This document shows, one piece after another, positions 1 to 7,242 of a DNA stretch of 23,649 bases (positions are counted from its first letter, which is position 1; the number at the start of each line of letters is the position of its first letter). Origin of the DNA: a virus. Taxonomy: Duplodnaviria > Heunggongvirae > Uroviricota > Caudoviricetes. The stretch lies in the IMG/VR virus record IMGVR_UViG_3300028859_000015. One strand, 5' to 3'. The translations under genes and the position numbers were made by a program. The notes beneath the pieces are model-generated. The model was not told the origin of the DNA. It saw only the letters and a list, made by a program, of their open reading frames with translations, and made no database searches.

Positions 1-1
1 G

Positions 2-664
2 TCCTTGAAGCCTTGGTATGAAAAACCCAGTTGGTTTAGAAACTTTACAGATGCTTGTAACGTAACCGATAATTTAATAACTCAAGGATATCTAACTAAA
101 TTATTATTAAATAATAATATACAGGCAATATATGATAATGGAGAAAGCATAATAAATTCAGCAGAGCCTCATCAGATGCTAGTACTAAATCCTAAACTCT
201 GTACAAATCTTACAACGATAGTACTAAAACAACATAATAGTGAAGTAGAAAAAAGAGCAAAACAATTATTAAATGGAATAGTAGATAATAAGATAGATCT
301 AAAAAGAATGAACCCTGAGAGTATTTTACTCCTATGTAAATATAATTTATTACATCCTAATATAGCTACAGATACAGTAATAACAAAAGCCATTGCTAAA
401 TATATAATAGAAACTAAAAAAGCTCCCAACGGGCTTTTGGATGGTATAGTAACATCTAATATAAGACTACTTCTAGCTATATTAATAAGAGAAATAGTAG
501 CTAATAATAAATTCACAGTTAAGAATTATATAAACTCAGGGTTAGTGGAGCAGGATGATGGTGATTATATGTTAAAGGCTATACGTAAATATGGTATAGA
601 TAATATGCCATATGATAAACAAATAGAATTCAGTAAACTAAATGATATACTAGAGGTAAGGTAA
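2..664 (+). CDS. Hypothetical protein, 5'-truncated by the window edge
   Basis: The frame is open from position 2 to TAA at 662-664, and the listed start at 5 is only an in-frame TTG. No recognisable motif. Confidence 0.7.
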   Translation, partial: SLKPWYEKPSWFRNFTDACNVTDNLITQGYLTKLLLNNNIQAIYDNGESIINSAEPHQMLVLNPKLCTNLTTIVLKQHNSEVEKRAKQLLNGIVDNKIDLKRMNPESILLLCKYNLLHPNIATDTVITKAIAKYIIETKKAPNGLLDGIVTSNIRLLLAILIREIVANNKFTVKNYINSGLVEQDDGDYMLKAIRKYGIDNMPYDKQIEFSKLNDILEVR

Positions 665-955
665 TTAATATACCCTCTCTGATATTTGTTTGGCTGGTTT
701 TATATTAGTATAATTCCATATTTCCATCTCCCATTCGCCTGTCTGTAAATCTGTAAACTTTGTTATGACTGGCCATTGATTATAGGATGCTCCAGATATT
801 ACATTAGTCTCTACATTATTTACAATATACTTACTTACTATAACTTCTCCTGGTGTAATTGGAGGGTATGTGATAAGAATATTAGCAGTAAAGTGCTTAG
901 CAGCTAACGTATTAGTTCCCCATTGCCAGTTAATACCCTTTATATGCTCTACCAT
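665..955 (-). CDS. Small hypothetical protein, paralog family B (beta-rich, ~80-96 aa)
   Basis: 96-aa ORF with AGAGGT upstream. Hand alignment to 975..1244: SKYIVNNVETNVISGASYNQWP...FTDLQTGEWEMEIWNYT vs DRYLLNQVDTNFVSGQTYRNYP...FTDNQDGTWEVKILNYT. Confidence 0.8.
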   Translation of the reverse strand: MVEHIKGINWQWGTNTLAAKHFTANILITYPPITPGEVIVSKYIVNNVETNVISGASYNQWPVITKFTDLQTGEWEMEIWNYTNIKPAKQISERVY

Positions 956-974
956 GGTACTTGACCTCTATCTC

Positions 975-1244
975 TTATTCAGTATAATTTAATATCTTCA
1001 CTTCCCATGTGCCATCTTGATTATCAGTAAAGGAAGCAGTATTAACAGTGGACAAATAGGCTGGGTAGTTCCTATAGGTTTGTCCAGATACAAAATTGGT
1101 ATCTACTTGATTTAGTAGATACCTATCAATAGTCACATTTTCTGGTATATGTATTACTTCATGTTTTAATATATTACCATAGCAATATTTACCAGTTTGT
1201 GTGAAAGTTGATAAAAAATAACAAAAATCCTGATTATTAATCAT
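975..1244 (-). CDS. Small hypothetical protein, paralog family B
   Basis: 89-aa ORF, clearly similar to the adjacent 665..955 protein. Confidence 0.8.
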   Translation of the reverse strand: MINNQDFCYFLSTFTQTGKYCYGNILKHEVIHIPENVTIDRYLLNQVDTNFVSGQTYRNYPAYLSTVNTASFTDNQDGTWEVKILNYTE

Positions 1245-1248
1245 ACAT

Positions 1249-1434
1249 TTAATTAGATTTTACATTAACCTTTATTTCCATTTCTATTACCTCAAACCTT
1301 TTACAATTATAATACCTATCACACCAATCAGCAGATAGTTTAGCCCATTCATAAGATTCAAAATAAAAAGGCATACCATTTAAGCTATGATAGACACCAG
1401 ATACTACATCTAACACTAGCCAGCTTTTAACCAT
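1249..1434 (-). CDS. Small hypothetical protein, paralog family A
   Basis: 61-aa ORF whose ATG overlaps the upstream stop (TAATG). It is nearly identical in its core to 1434..1607. Confidence 0.8.
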   Translation of the reverse strand: MVKSWLVLDVVSGVYHSLNGMPFYFESYEWAKLSADWCDRYYNCKRFEVIEMEIKVNVKSN

Positions 1435-1536
1435 TAGTCTGTAACCTCTAATTCTATTACCTCAAACCTTTTACAATTATAATACCTATCACACCAATCA
1501 GCAGATTTATTAGCCCATTCATAAGATTCAAAATAA
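1282..1536. repeat. Direct repeat: 85-nt copies at 1282-1366 and 1452-1536
   Basis: Read directly from the sequence: 82 of 85 nt identical at a 170-nt offset. All three mismatches are adjacent (1337-1339 vs 1507-1509). Confidence 0.95.
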
Positions 1537-1607
1537 GCTGTCTCACCATTAGATAATTTGCTATATGTTCCATTTATTATACCCAGTACAACCCAACGTG
1601 TAGCCAT
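1434..1607 (-). CDS. Small hypothetical protein, family A (57 aa, absent from the ORF track)
   Basis: Hand translation: MATRWVVLGIINGTYSKLSNGETAYFESYEWANKSADWCDRYYNCKRFEVIELEVTD. TAATG coupling at both ends. Confidence 0.85.
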   Translation of the reverse strand: MATRWVVLGIINGTYSKLSNGETAYFESYEWANKSADWCDRYYNCKRFEVIELEVTD

Positions 1608-1765
1608 TATTCTGTAACCTCTAAGATAGTAAAACGTTCAACTATATGTAATCTAAGAAGCCAACGTTCAGCAGCCTCATAGGTAATAAAAGCTAGAGGT
1701 TCATTACTGTTAACATTAGTAATATACTGACCGGTTATATTATCATGTAATAGATATTTAATCAT
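1607..1765 (-). CDS. Small hypothetical protein, family A (52 aa, absent from the ORF track)
   Basis: Hand translation: MIKYLLHDNITGQYITNVNSNEPLAFITYEAAERWLLRLHIVERFTILEVTE. Its stop overlaps the next ATG. Confidence 0.8.
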   Translation of the reverse strand: MIKYLLHDNITGQYITNVNSNEPLAFITYEAAERWLLRLHIVERFTILEVTE

Positions 1766-1919
1766 ACTCTTTATAGCTTTCTACAATAAGTATCCACTCT
1801 TCTAATAGCATCTTACATAATGCTAAATCATTATCTTTAATGGCCTTCTTCATATCAGCTACAAAGTTATAAGAAATATCGACATCTATATGCTTATACT
1901 CATGGTCATTGTTAGTCAT
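1758..1919 (-). CDS. Small hypothetical protein (53 aa, absent from the ORF track)
   Basis: Hand translation: MTNNDHEYKHIDVDISYNFVADMKKAIKDNDLALCKMLLEEWILIVESYKEYD. It fills the gap exactly, with 8-nt overlaps on both sides. Confidence 0.7.
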   Translation of the reverse strand: MTNNDHEYKHIDVDISYNFVADMKKAIKDNDLALCKMLLEEWILIVESYKEYD

Positions 1920-2232
1920 TAGGAATTTCTTTCATATCATCTATTAGGGTTTGTATTAATGGCCGAATAATATTTATGTTATTATTATCTAAAGCATACT
2001 GTAGCATTATTTTAACTGCCATAGAGCCTTTAAAACTATATAAATAACTTACAGATTGGTCCCCAATAGACATAATAGTATCAGAACCCGTAAGCTTTGT
2101 AACATTTATCATACTTTTATCTATATTTAACATCTCAGCTAATTCATCTACACTCTTATCAGTATCCTCATACTGCTTAAAGGAATGCTTCACTATCTCA
2201 TTAAGGTGTTGATTATCTTCTTCATTTAACAT
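1912..2232 (-). CDS. Hypothetical protein
   Basis: 106-aa ORF with GGAG six nt upstream of the ATG. Confidence 0.75.
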   Translation of the reverse strand: MLNEEDNQHLNEIVKHSFKQYEDTDKSVDELAEMLNIDKSMINVTKLTGSDTIMSIGDQSVSYLYSFKGSMAVKIMLQYALDNNNINIIRPLIQTLIDDMKEIPND

Positions 2233-2303
2233 TAATACTCCATAATTTGATATAACTATTAGTAATTGTAAGAGTTAAAGAAATAAGGAATTACGAAGGA
2301 AAA

Positions 2304-2543
2304 CTAAACTACAAACTCTTCATAAACCTTTATACTACTATCATATCTGTTATCACCACGCATTAGAAAAATATGATTTCCATAATCATCTAAAAATCCT
2401 GCTCCACTTAAGCCAATTACAGATAAATTCCATATCTTTATATTATACAAATTACCCTCAGTGGTAGCTACTTTGTCTATATCTTCATACTTAATAGATA
2501 AACTTATATTTCTCTCAGAATTAACCCATACCTTAGTTATCAT
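2304..2543 (-). CDS. Small hypothetical protein, paralog family C
   Basis: 79-aa ORF. It shares WxN...NIxLxIxY, LxGAxF...GxxI and VYE with 2545..2838. Confidence 0.75.
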   Translation of the reverse strand: MITKVWVNSERNISLSIKYEDIDKVATTEGNLYNIKIWNLSVIGLSGAGFLDDYGNHIFLMRGDNRYDSSIKVYEEFVV

Positions 2544-2544
2544 A

Positions 2545-2838
2545 TTAGTAATTAGAATTCCACTGACTTGGAACCGTTATGCTATCTATACTAGTACCGG
2601 GAGGTATTTCATAAACAGTAGAAGCTGCTGTTAATAAACCTGTACCATTAATTATTAAAATGGTAAAACCTAAGTTAGTCTTGAAGGATGCTCCAAAAAG
2701 ATTTCTTTTATAAATATGACAATCCCTAACCTGATAAGATACTATATTATTATTAGAGTCTCTAACTACTAGAAATGGGTCATATTCAATAGTTAAATGA
2801 ATATTTAGCGCATCATTTTTCCATTCACGAAGTAGCAT
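2545..2838 (-). CDS. Small hypothetical protein, paralog family C
   Basis: Start moved to the ATG at 2838 (AGGT upstream, no overlap with the preceding gene), giving 97 aa. Similar to 2304..2543. Confidence 0.7.
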   Translation of the reverse strand: MLLREWKNDALNIHLTIEYDPFLVVRDSNNNIVSYQVRDCHIYKRNLFGASFKTNLGFTILIINGTGLLTAASTVYEIPPGTSIDSITVPSQWNSNY

Positions 2839-2846
2839 ATAATAAC

Positions 2847-3119
2847 CTAATAAATCAAACGACACTTGAATCTTAAAACTAAATCACTAACATTCAATAA
2901 AATACCAGTATAGCTTCTTAATTTAGTCTCATAATAATACAAGGCATTCATTTTTTCAATATCTGTTAAACTGCTTTTTATATCCTCTAATTGTTTTTCA
3001 AAAGTCCTCTCTGCTTCGGTTTCTAACATGGAATAGGTATTACTGTTATATCTAAATATATACTCTTCTATTATTTGATTACTTAATACCTTACAGATGT
3101 CAAAGGCTTCCTTACACAT
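2847..3119 (-). CDS. Hypothetical protein
   Basis: 90-aa ORF abutting the upstream gene. Confidence 0.7.
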   Translation of the reverse strand: MCKEAFDICKVLSNQIIEEYIFRYNSNTYSMLETEAERTFEKQLEDIKSSLTDIEKMNALYYYETKLRSYTGILLNVSDLVLRFKCRLIY

Positions 3120-3371
3120 TTACTTACCAGTAAAGTTTTTTAGTTTTTCATTATACTTCTTTATTGCCTCGGAACACATACCAGCAGCAGTATATCTAAT
3201 TCGAGTAGTATCTGTTTTAAATGCCTTTTTTAGTTGTGTATTCATTTGTAAGAAAGTAAAATAGGCTTTCTCAAGTAATGTCTTTTCTGCTATAGAATCA
3301 ATCTTAGTCTTAAAGTCATCTATGAATAACTTGTAGGAATCAAGTTTTGCTGTTGTTTTTTTATCTACCAA
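3120..3371 (-). CDS. Hypothetical protein (helical, Lys-rich)
   Basis: 83-aa ORF in a tightly packed operon, with GGAG upstream. Confidence 0.7.
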   Translation of the reverse strand: MVDKKTTAKLDSYKLFIDDFKTKIDSIAEKTLLEKAYFTFLQMNTQLKKAFKTDTTRIRYTAAGMCSEAIKKYNEKLKNFTGK

Positions 3372-3603
3372 AGGAAAATCTCCATAAATAATCTATTTCT
3401 GACATTTCCACTAACTCATACTCCTCAGAATGTTTTAATGTTAGAATATACTTAGCTGCTATTTCTTTACTACCTATAAACCAGGGCCTAGTTTCAAATG
3501 AAAGGCCCATACATAGATAATCAGCAGTAAGATATTCCCCATTTATTACATCCAGGATTAATGCTCCAGGCTCTGTTAAACTTGGGTTATAGTGACTATC
3601 CAT
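3361..3603 (-). CDS. Small hypothetical protein, divergent family A member
   Basis: 80 aa with GAGGA upstream. Motifs LILDVINGEYL, FIGSKEIAAKYI and EYELVE match the family A pattern. Confidence 0.7.
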   Translation of the reverse strand: MDSHYNPSLTEPGALILDVINGEYLTADYLCMGLSFETRPWFIGSKEIAAKYILTLKHSEEYELVEMSEIDYLWRFSFGR

Positions 3604-3818
3604 ATTTCATCCTCTGCTTGATATGAAAAACTATAATTGGTAGTATCCATTGAGAATGTTTCACCTGGAAGTAATGTAGTAATTACATTTTTAACAAGAT
3701 AAACCGTAAGAAGCCCAGGTTTACCATCTACCTTAGCCAGTTCAGTAGTCATCTTTATTATATTACCAGCAAAGGGCATTGTAGGATTAAAATCACAATA
3801 AGGAAGTTGTATAGACAT
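3576..3818 (-). CDS. Small hypothetical protein, divergent family B member
   Basis: 80 aa. FAGNIIK, YLVKNVITTLLPGETF and EIWIVTI parallel YGNILK, YLLNQVDTNFVSGQTY and GTWEVKI of 975..1244. Confidence 0.7.
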   Translation of the reverse strand: MSIQLPYCDFNPTMPFAGNIIKMTTELAKVDGKPGLLTVYLVKNVITTLLPGETFSMDTTNYSFSYQAEDEIWIVTITQV

Positions 3819-4384
3819 TAGCGAAGATACTCCACACTCTCATAAACTGTCTGACTATTTCGTTTAATAATAGCAAAACGCTGGTCTGGTGTAGTTAATA
3901 AGGAACCAATAGGCAATTCTATATTGGTATTTACAGGCTCTACAACTAATCGTGTAGTTCTAGTAATATGGTTGTCTGGAGTTTGCTCATCTCTTATATC
4001 TATAATCTCACCTGACATAAACTTAAGAATGGTATTATCCGTATATTCTATTGTTTTTAACCCACTCTTCACAAAAGACTGCTTAGATTCTTGAATAATT
4101 TGCTTATAGGGTTCCTGATTTTTTTCTGCTTCTGCTATAAACATGTCAAGAAAAGTAGTAATATGAGTTATATCTTTTTCCTTAATGGCACGCTTAAGCT
4201 GGTCCATACTTACTTTATTTATAGTAATGTTTCCAACACGATAAATAACAGATTGGTCATATGAACCGGATTGAACATCTATCTCAGGTTTAATTTCCCA
4301 CTCAGCGGGCTGGGTGGCGAAAACAACATTTTCTGCCGTATTTATTACTGTATCTAACTTTAACTTCTTCTGGCCTTCTCTCAT
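3818..4384 (-). CDS. Hypothetical protein
   Basis: 188-aa ORF with AAGGAG upstream and a CCGATAAT box upstream. Confidence 0.8.
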   Translation of the reverse strand: MREGQKKLKLDTVINTAENVVFATQPAEWEIKPEIDVQSGSYDQSVIYRVGNITINKVSMDQLKRAIKEKDITHITTFLDMFIAEAEKNQEPYKQIIQESKQSFVKSGLKTIEYTDNTILKFMSGEIIDIRDEQTPDNHITRTTRLVVEPVNTNIELPIGSLLTTPDQRFAIIKRNSQTVYESVEYLR

Positions 4385-4413
4385 TTAAGCTCTGGTTCTC
4401 CTTTATACTATAT

Positions 4414-4441
4414 ATTATCGGTATACTCTCAGAGTTATTAA
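4414..4441 (-). promoter_or_regulatory. Sigma-28-like -10 box ACCGATAAT, with TTAA at the -35 position
   Basis: Box at 4414-4422, 29 nt upstream of the ATG at 4384. TTAA lies 15 nt further upstream. Confidence 0.6.
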
Positions 4442-4462
4442 GTAAAGTAGGTAAAATAATAT

Positions 4463-4714
4463 TTATACTATTTGAAGCTTCCATAGATTACGTTCATCAG
4501 TATCCTTTGAATGTAGTCTGGTAATTATTATTTCTCCCATAGTATCATTATCCTTTAGATTAGTCTTTACATTTTTAAGAGTTATAAACTGAGTCTTTCC
4601 TATATGTGATGAAGTAATAACAGTACCCTTAATAAATTTACCATATAGTCTATATTCTATGACATCAGCGGAATTTACATTTTCTAGTTTTGGATTTCTT
4701 AAAGCCTTGGTCAT
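4463..4714 (-). CDS. Hypothetical protein, possibly a small SH3-like beta-barrel
   Basis: 83 aa with AAGGAG upstream. The pattern DVIEYRLYGKFIKGTVI is suggestive only. Confidence 0.7.
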   Translation of the reverse strand: MTKALRNPKLENVNSADVIEYRLYGKFIKGTVITSSHIGKTQFITLKNVKTNLKDNDTMGEIIITRLHSKDTDERNLWKLQIV

Positions 4715-4823
4715 TTATAACTCCTTTATTATGATTAATTCTATATTCCGCATCCGTCCCAAATTTCTAAGATAATATGTCTATTATTATACACTTTTAG
4801 TTTTATTGAAGTAAGATTTCATA

Positions 4824-5078
4824 CTAGTTATCTCCTCTTATATGTAAATCGGCATTAACTGAAACAACACAAAACTCATTAATAGTAAATACTTCTAATT
4901 GTCCATAAGAGTTATACATATATGTCTTATCAGCCAAAAATTTAGCTAGTGCCCTATTTGCTGACCACTTAAAACGAAACTGAAATGGAGGATATGTATA
5001 ACGAAAACTATAAGGCTCCTGTACCTTTATAGAAACCCAAGAACCCGTTGGTATATGTAAAATTCTATACTTAAGCAT
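4824..5078 (-). CDS. Small hypothetical protein, family A (LHIPTG subtype)
   Basis: 84 aa with a strong AGGAGGT SD. Motifs YRILHIPTGSWV, FRFKWSANRAL and NEFCVV. Confidence 0.8.
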   Translation of the reverse strand: MLKYRILHIPTGSWVSIKVQEPYSFRYTYPPFQFRFKWSANRALAKFLADKTYMYNSYGQLEVFTINEFCVVSVNADLHIRGDN

Positions 5079-5107
5079 TTCACCTCCTACATGTAATGCC
5101 TAACTAC

Positions 5108-5135
5108 ATTATCGGACTATATAGTAAATTTATTA
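5108..5135 (-). promoter_or_regulatory. Sigma-28-like promoter TAAT-N15-TCCGATAA
   Basis: Box at 5108-5116, 29 nt upstream of the ATG at 5078. Confidence 0.6.
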
Positions 5136-5512
5136 GCTTCTGCCTGTTCTTTTTTAGGAGTCTCTATTACTAGCAAAAGGGTATCTTTAGCTATTCTAAC
5201 ACAAGAGATATAAATGTCAGAAGTCTTATAATAATTTACTAACGCTAAAATAAGAATCTGAAACTCAATCGAAAAATCATCAGTATATTTAGCATCTTTT
5301 AGAGTAAGTTCTACTGATTTACTTTCTGCTAATTTTTCATTTATTTGCTTAACTAGTGAGTCAAATGCTGGCTTCATTTCTTTTGTTAAAGCCTCCATTT
5401 CTTGTTTAGTATAGGCATGAGATTTTTCAGGTATATTTACATGAGAAGGCTCATTAATAGAAATTAATGTAAATATAGGTAAAATTAAAGCTAATGTTAT
5501 ATTTAATAGCAT
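5117..5512 (-). CDS. Hypothetical membrane-anchored or secreted protein
   Basis: 131 aa with a hydrophobic N-terminus (MLLNITLALILPIFTLISI). Confidence 0.7.
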   Translation of the reverse strand: MLLNITLALILPIFTLISINEPSHVNIPEKSHAYTKQEMEALTKEMKPAFDSLVKQINEKLAESKSVELTLKDAKYTDDFSIEFQILILALVNYYKTSDIYISCVRIAKDTLLLVIETPKKEQAEANKFTI

Positions 5513-5596
5513 AATAGTGTCCTTAAAAGAAGATATAACTTACAAGTAATCATTAACACTATAAGCTATATTACATTTAATTATACATAAAGCATA

Positions 5597-5929
5597 CTAA
5601 CTAAAGGCCATTTTTAGCTCTTTTACCTTATTTAGTAACTCATCTCGTTCTTTATATACCTCCAATATATCCAATATATTAGGACCTTTACCAAATAAAA
5701 TACCTACTAAATCACCATCCTCATTATGAAATTCTGTCTTATTATCATCATCTAATGAATTTAGTTCATGATATAATCTTGAGTAATACTCGGCATTTTC
5801 TTTTTCTTCTTCATACAACTGTTTATAACGAAAAGCCTCAGCTTTAAACTCCTCTAAAAGAGCATTAGATTTAGTTAGTTTATCATTGAATAAATCAACT
5901 AACTTCTCTATTGTTACCGAATCTTCCAT
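5597..5929 (-). CDS. Hypothetical coiled-coil protein
   Basis: 110 aa, acidic with a heptad-like pattern. GGGAGG SD upstream. Confidence 0.8.
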   Translation of the reverse strand: MEDSVTIEKLVDLFNDKLTKSNALLEEFKAEAFRYKQLYEEEKENAEYYSRLYHELNSLDDDNKTEFHNEDGDLVGILFGKGPNILDILEVYKERDELLNKVKELKMAFS

Positions 5930-5965
5930 TTTAGCCTCCCTAGTTAAAAACTTCTTACAGTAAGT

Positions 5966-5974
5966 ATTATCGGC
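5966..5974 (-). promoter_or_regulatory. Sigma-28-like -10 box GCCGATAAT
   Basis: Exact match to the FliA -10 consensus GCCGATAA, 36 nt upstream of the ATG at 5929. The -35 position reads TTGA. Confidence 0.65.
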
Positions 5975-6012
5975 AAAAACAAAAACACCTCAAATTTTTA
6001 TGAGGTGTTTTT
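5975..6012 (-). terminator. Intrinsic terminator downstream of hsp20 (possibly bidirectional)
   Basis: Minus strand reads AAAAACACCTCA-TAAAAATT-TGAGGTGTTTTT-GTTTTT: a perfect 12-bp inverted repeat followed by a U-tract. Confidence 0.85.
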
Positions 6013-6032
6013 TACGTCTTCTGGTAGGTGTG

Positions 6033-6482
6033 TTATTTAATATCTATTACTTTTAGTTGCTTCTCTTCTGGTACAAGCTGTTCTAAATCTATAGTCAATA
6101 TACCTTCAGTAAATACTGCCTTATTAACTTTAATATTTTCAGCTAATTGAAAAGAGCGCTTAAATTGCTTTCCTGTAATTCCTCTATGTACTTCATAAAC
6201 CGATTCATCATGTTCTGATTTATGATGCCTACCCTCAAAGCAAGCAGTTTCATATAAATTAGAAGGACTATTTAGAGATATGACAGATAACACTCCATCT
6301 TTTAAAGTTATCTCTATATCCTTTTTAAGATATCCAGCCAATGCTAGTTCTATCTTAAAATTATTATCTCCTATACGATAAATATTGTACGGAGGAAATG
6401 CTTGTGTGTTAGATGTTTCAAATAGCCTGGAAAATAAAGTATCCATACCAATTGATAACTCTTTGTATTGATTCATATCCAT
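6033..6482 (-). CDS. hsp20: Small heat-shock protein Hsp20 (IbpA-like alpha-crystallin domain)
   Basis: Motifs FPPYNI, FKIELALAGY, GVLSV, VHRGITGKQFKRSFQLAE, AVFTEGILTIDL and K.IDIK. Confidence 0.95.
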   Translation of the reverse strand: MDMNQYKELSIGMDTLFSRLFETSNTQAFPPYNIYRIGDNNFKIELALAGYLKKDIEITLKDGVLSVISLNSPSNLYETACFEGRHHKSEHDESVYEVHRGITGKQFKRSFQLAENIKVNKAVFTEGILTIDLEQLVPEEKQLKVIDIK

Positions 6483-6487
6483 GTTAT

Positions 6488-6560
6488 ACCCCTTTAAGGC
6501 AGTTATTGAACCCTTTCGGCGTTCAGTTATTAATAAGAGTCTATACCAGAAGACCTCTTA
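6488..6560 (-). promoter_or_regulatory. Structured 5' leader of hsp20: ROSE-like RNA thermometer candidate
   Basis: Three consecutive hairpins at 6534-6560, 6507-6525 and 6488-6503, each with a bulged G. The last one pairs over the SD AGGGG. Confidence 0.65.
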
Positions 6561-6563
6561 AAA

Positions 6564-6869
6564 TTAATTCATTAAACATAACATTTCTAAAATCTCATCT
6601 TCATAGGCAATAAAATAATTTTCTAGTATTATTTGGTTATTAGTCTCATTAGTAGAGACTAAAGTTGCCCTCAAGAATATATCAGAGAGAATCCTATCAT
6701 AATTATCTAGTTGTACATTATATGAAGTAGTATTTATTCTCTTATGTAGTCTCTTTAATAGAACAGTGGCTTCATTTGAATAAACTCTACTAATATCTAA
6801 AAGAATCTCTGCTTTACATGAGATACTATATCTAAAAGAACTACTAACATGCTCAAAAGAACTACGCAT
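6564..6869 (-). CDS. Hypothetical protein
   Basis: 101-aa ORF overlapping the upstream gene by 8 nt. Confidence 0.65.
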   Translation of the reverse strand: MRSSFEHVSSSFRYSISCKAEILLDISRVYSNEATVLLKRLHKRINTTSYNVQLDNYDRILSDIFLRATLVSTNETNNQIILENYFIAYEDEILEMLCLMN

Positions 6870-7212
6870 GTTTACCTAACACTTCCCAAATAGATGAAAA
6901 TATATTCCTATTAAAGGCTCTTACAATTAATAATAAACTAGACAATACAGAGGAAAGTTGTAGCATATATTCTGTATAATAGGCATGATTAACTAATATT
7001 ATACTAAAACAAAACAATAACCATATAAAATACCTAGGAAAAAATATCTTTAAAATATAATCCTCTAACGTTCGTTTTCCATCAGATAAAAGAAAAATAC
7101 GAGTATATAGACTATTATTTTTTAATTTATATCTCAAAAAGAGAGTTAAAATACCCTCTACTAATAAACCACCAAGCAGTAAAAAAGTAAGGGCTGTTAT
7201 ATAGAAGAGCAT
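6862..7212 (-). CDS. Hypothetical membrane protein (about 3 TM segments)
   Basis: 116 aa with three hydrophobic stretches and a GAGGAG SD. Confidence 0.75.
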   Translation of the reverse strand: MLFYITALTFLLLGGLLVEGILTLFLRYKLKNNSLYTRIFLLSDGKRTLEDYILKIFFPRYFIWLLFCFSIILVNHAYYTEYMLQLSSVLSSLLLIVRAFNRNIFSSIWEVLGKHA

Positions 7213-7233
7213 TCAACCAAATCTCCTCTATAT

Positions 7234-7242
7234 ATTATCGGT
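7234..7242 (-). promoter_or_regulatory. Sigma-28-like -10 box ACCGATAAT
   Basis: Lies 21 nt upstream of the ATG at 7212. No TAAA at the -35 position. Confidence 0.55.

Noticed and set aside
66-73. CCGATAAT copy on the plus strand
   Set aside because: It lies inside a coding region with no downstream start on that strand, consistent with the 1-2 chance copies expected.
172-516. Antisense ORF 172..516; likewise 4302..4484, 6413..6613, 12318..12524, 13673..13906, 15098..15397, 16040..16279, 18675..18875, 19002..19349, 21245..21664 and 22955..23359
   Set aside because: These are shadow ORFs opposite well-supported genes. Their Ser/Phe/Leu/Ile-rich composition is typical of reverse-strand read-through, and they have no convincing SD.
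1282-1623. Direct repeats considered as a CRISPR array or att site
   Set aside because: The units are too long or too few, lie inside paralogous coding sequences, and no cas or integrase gene is present.
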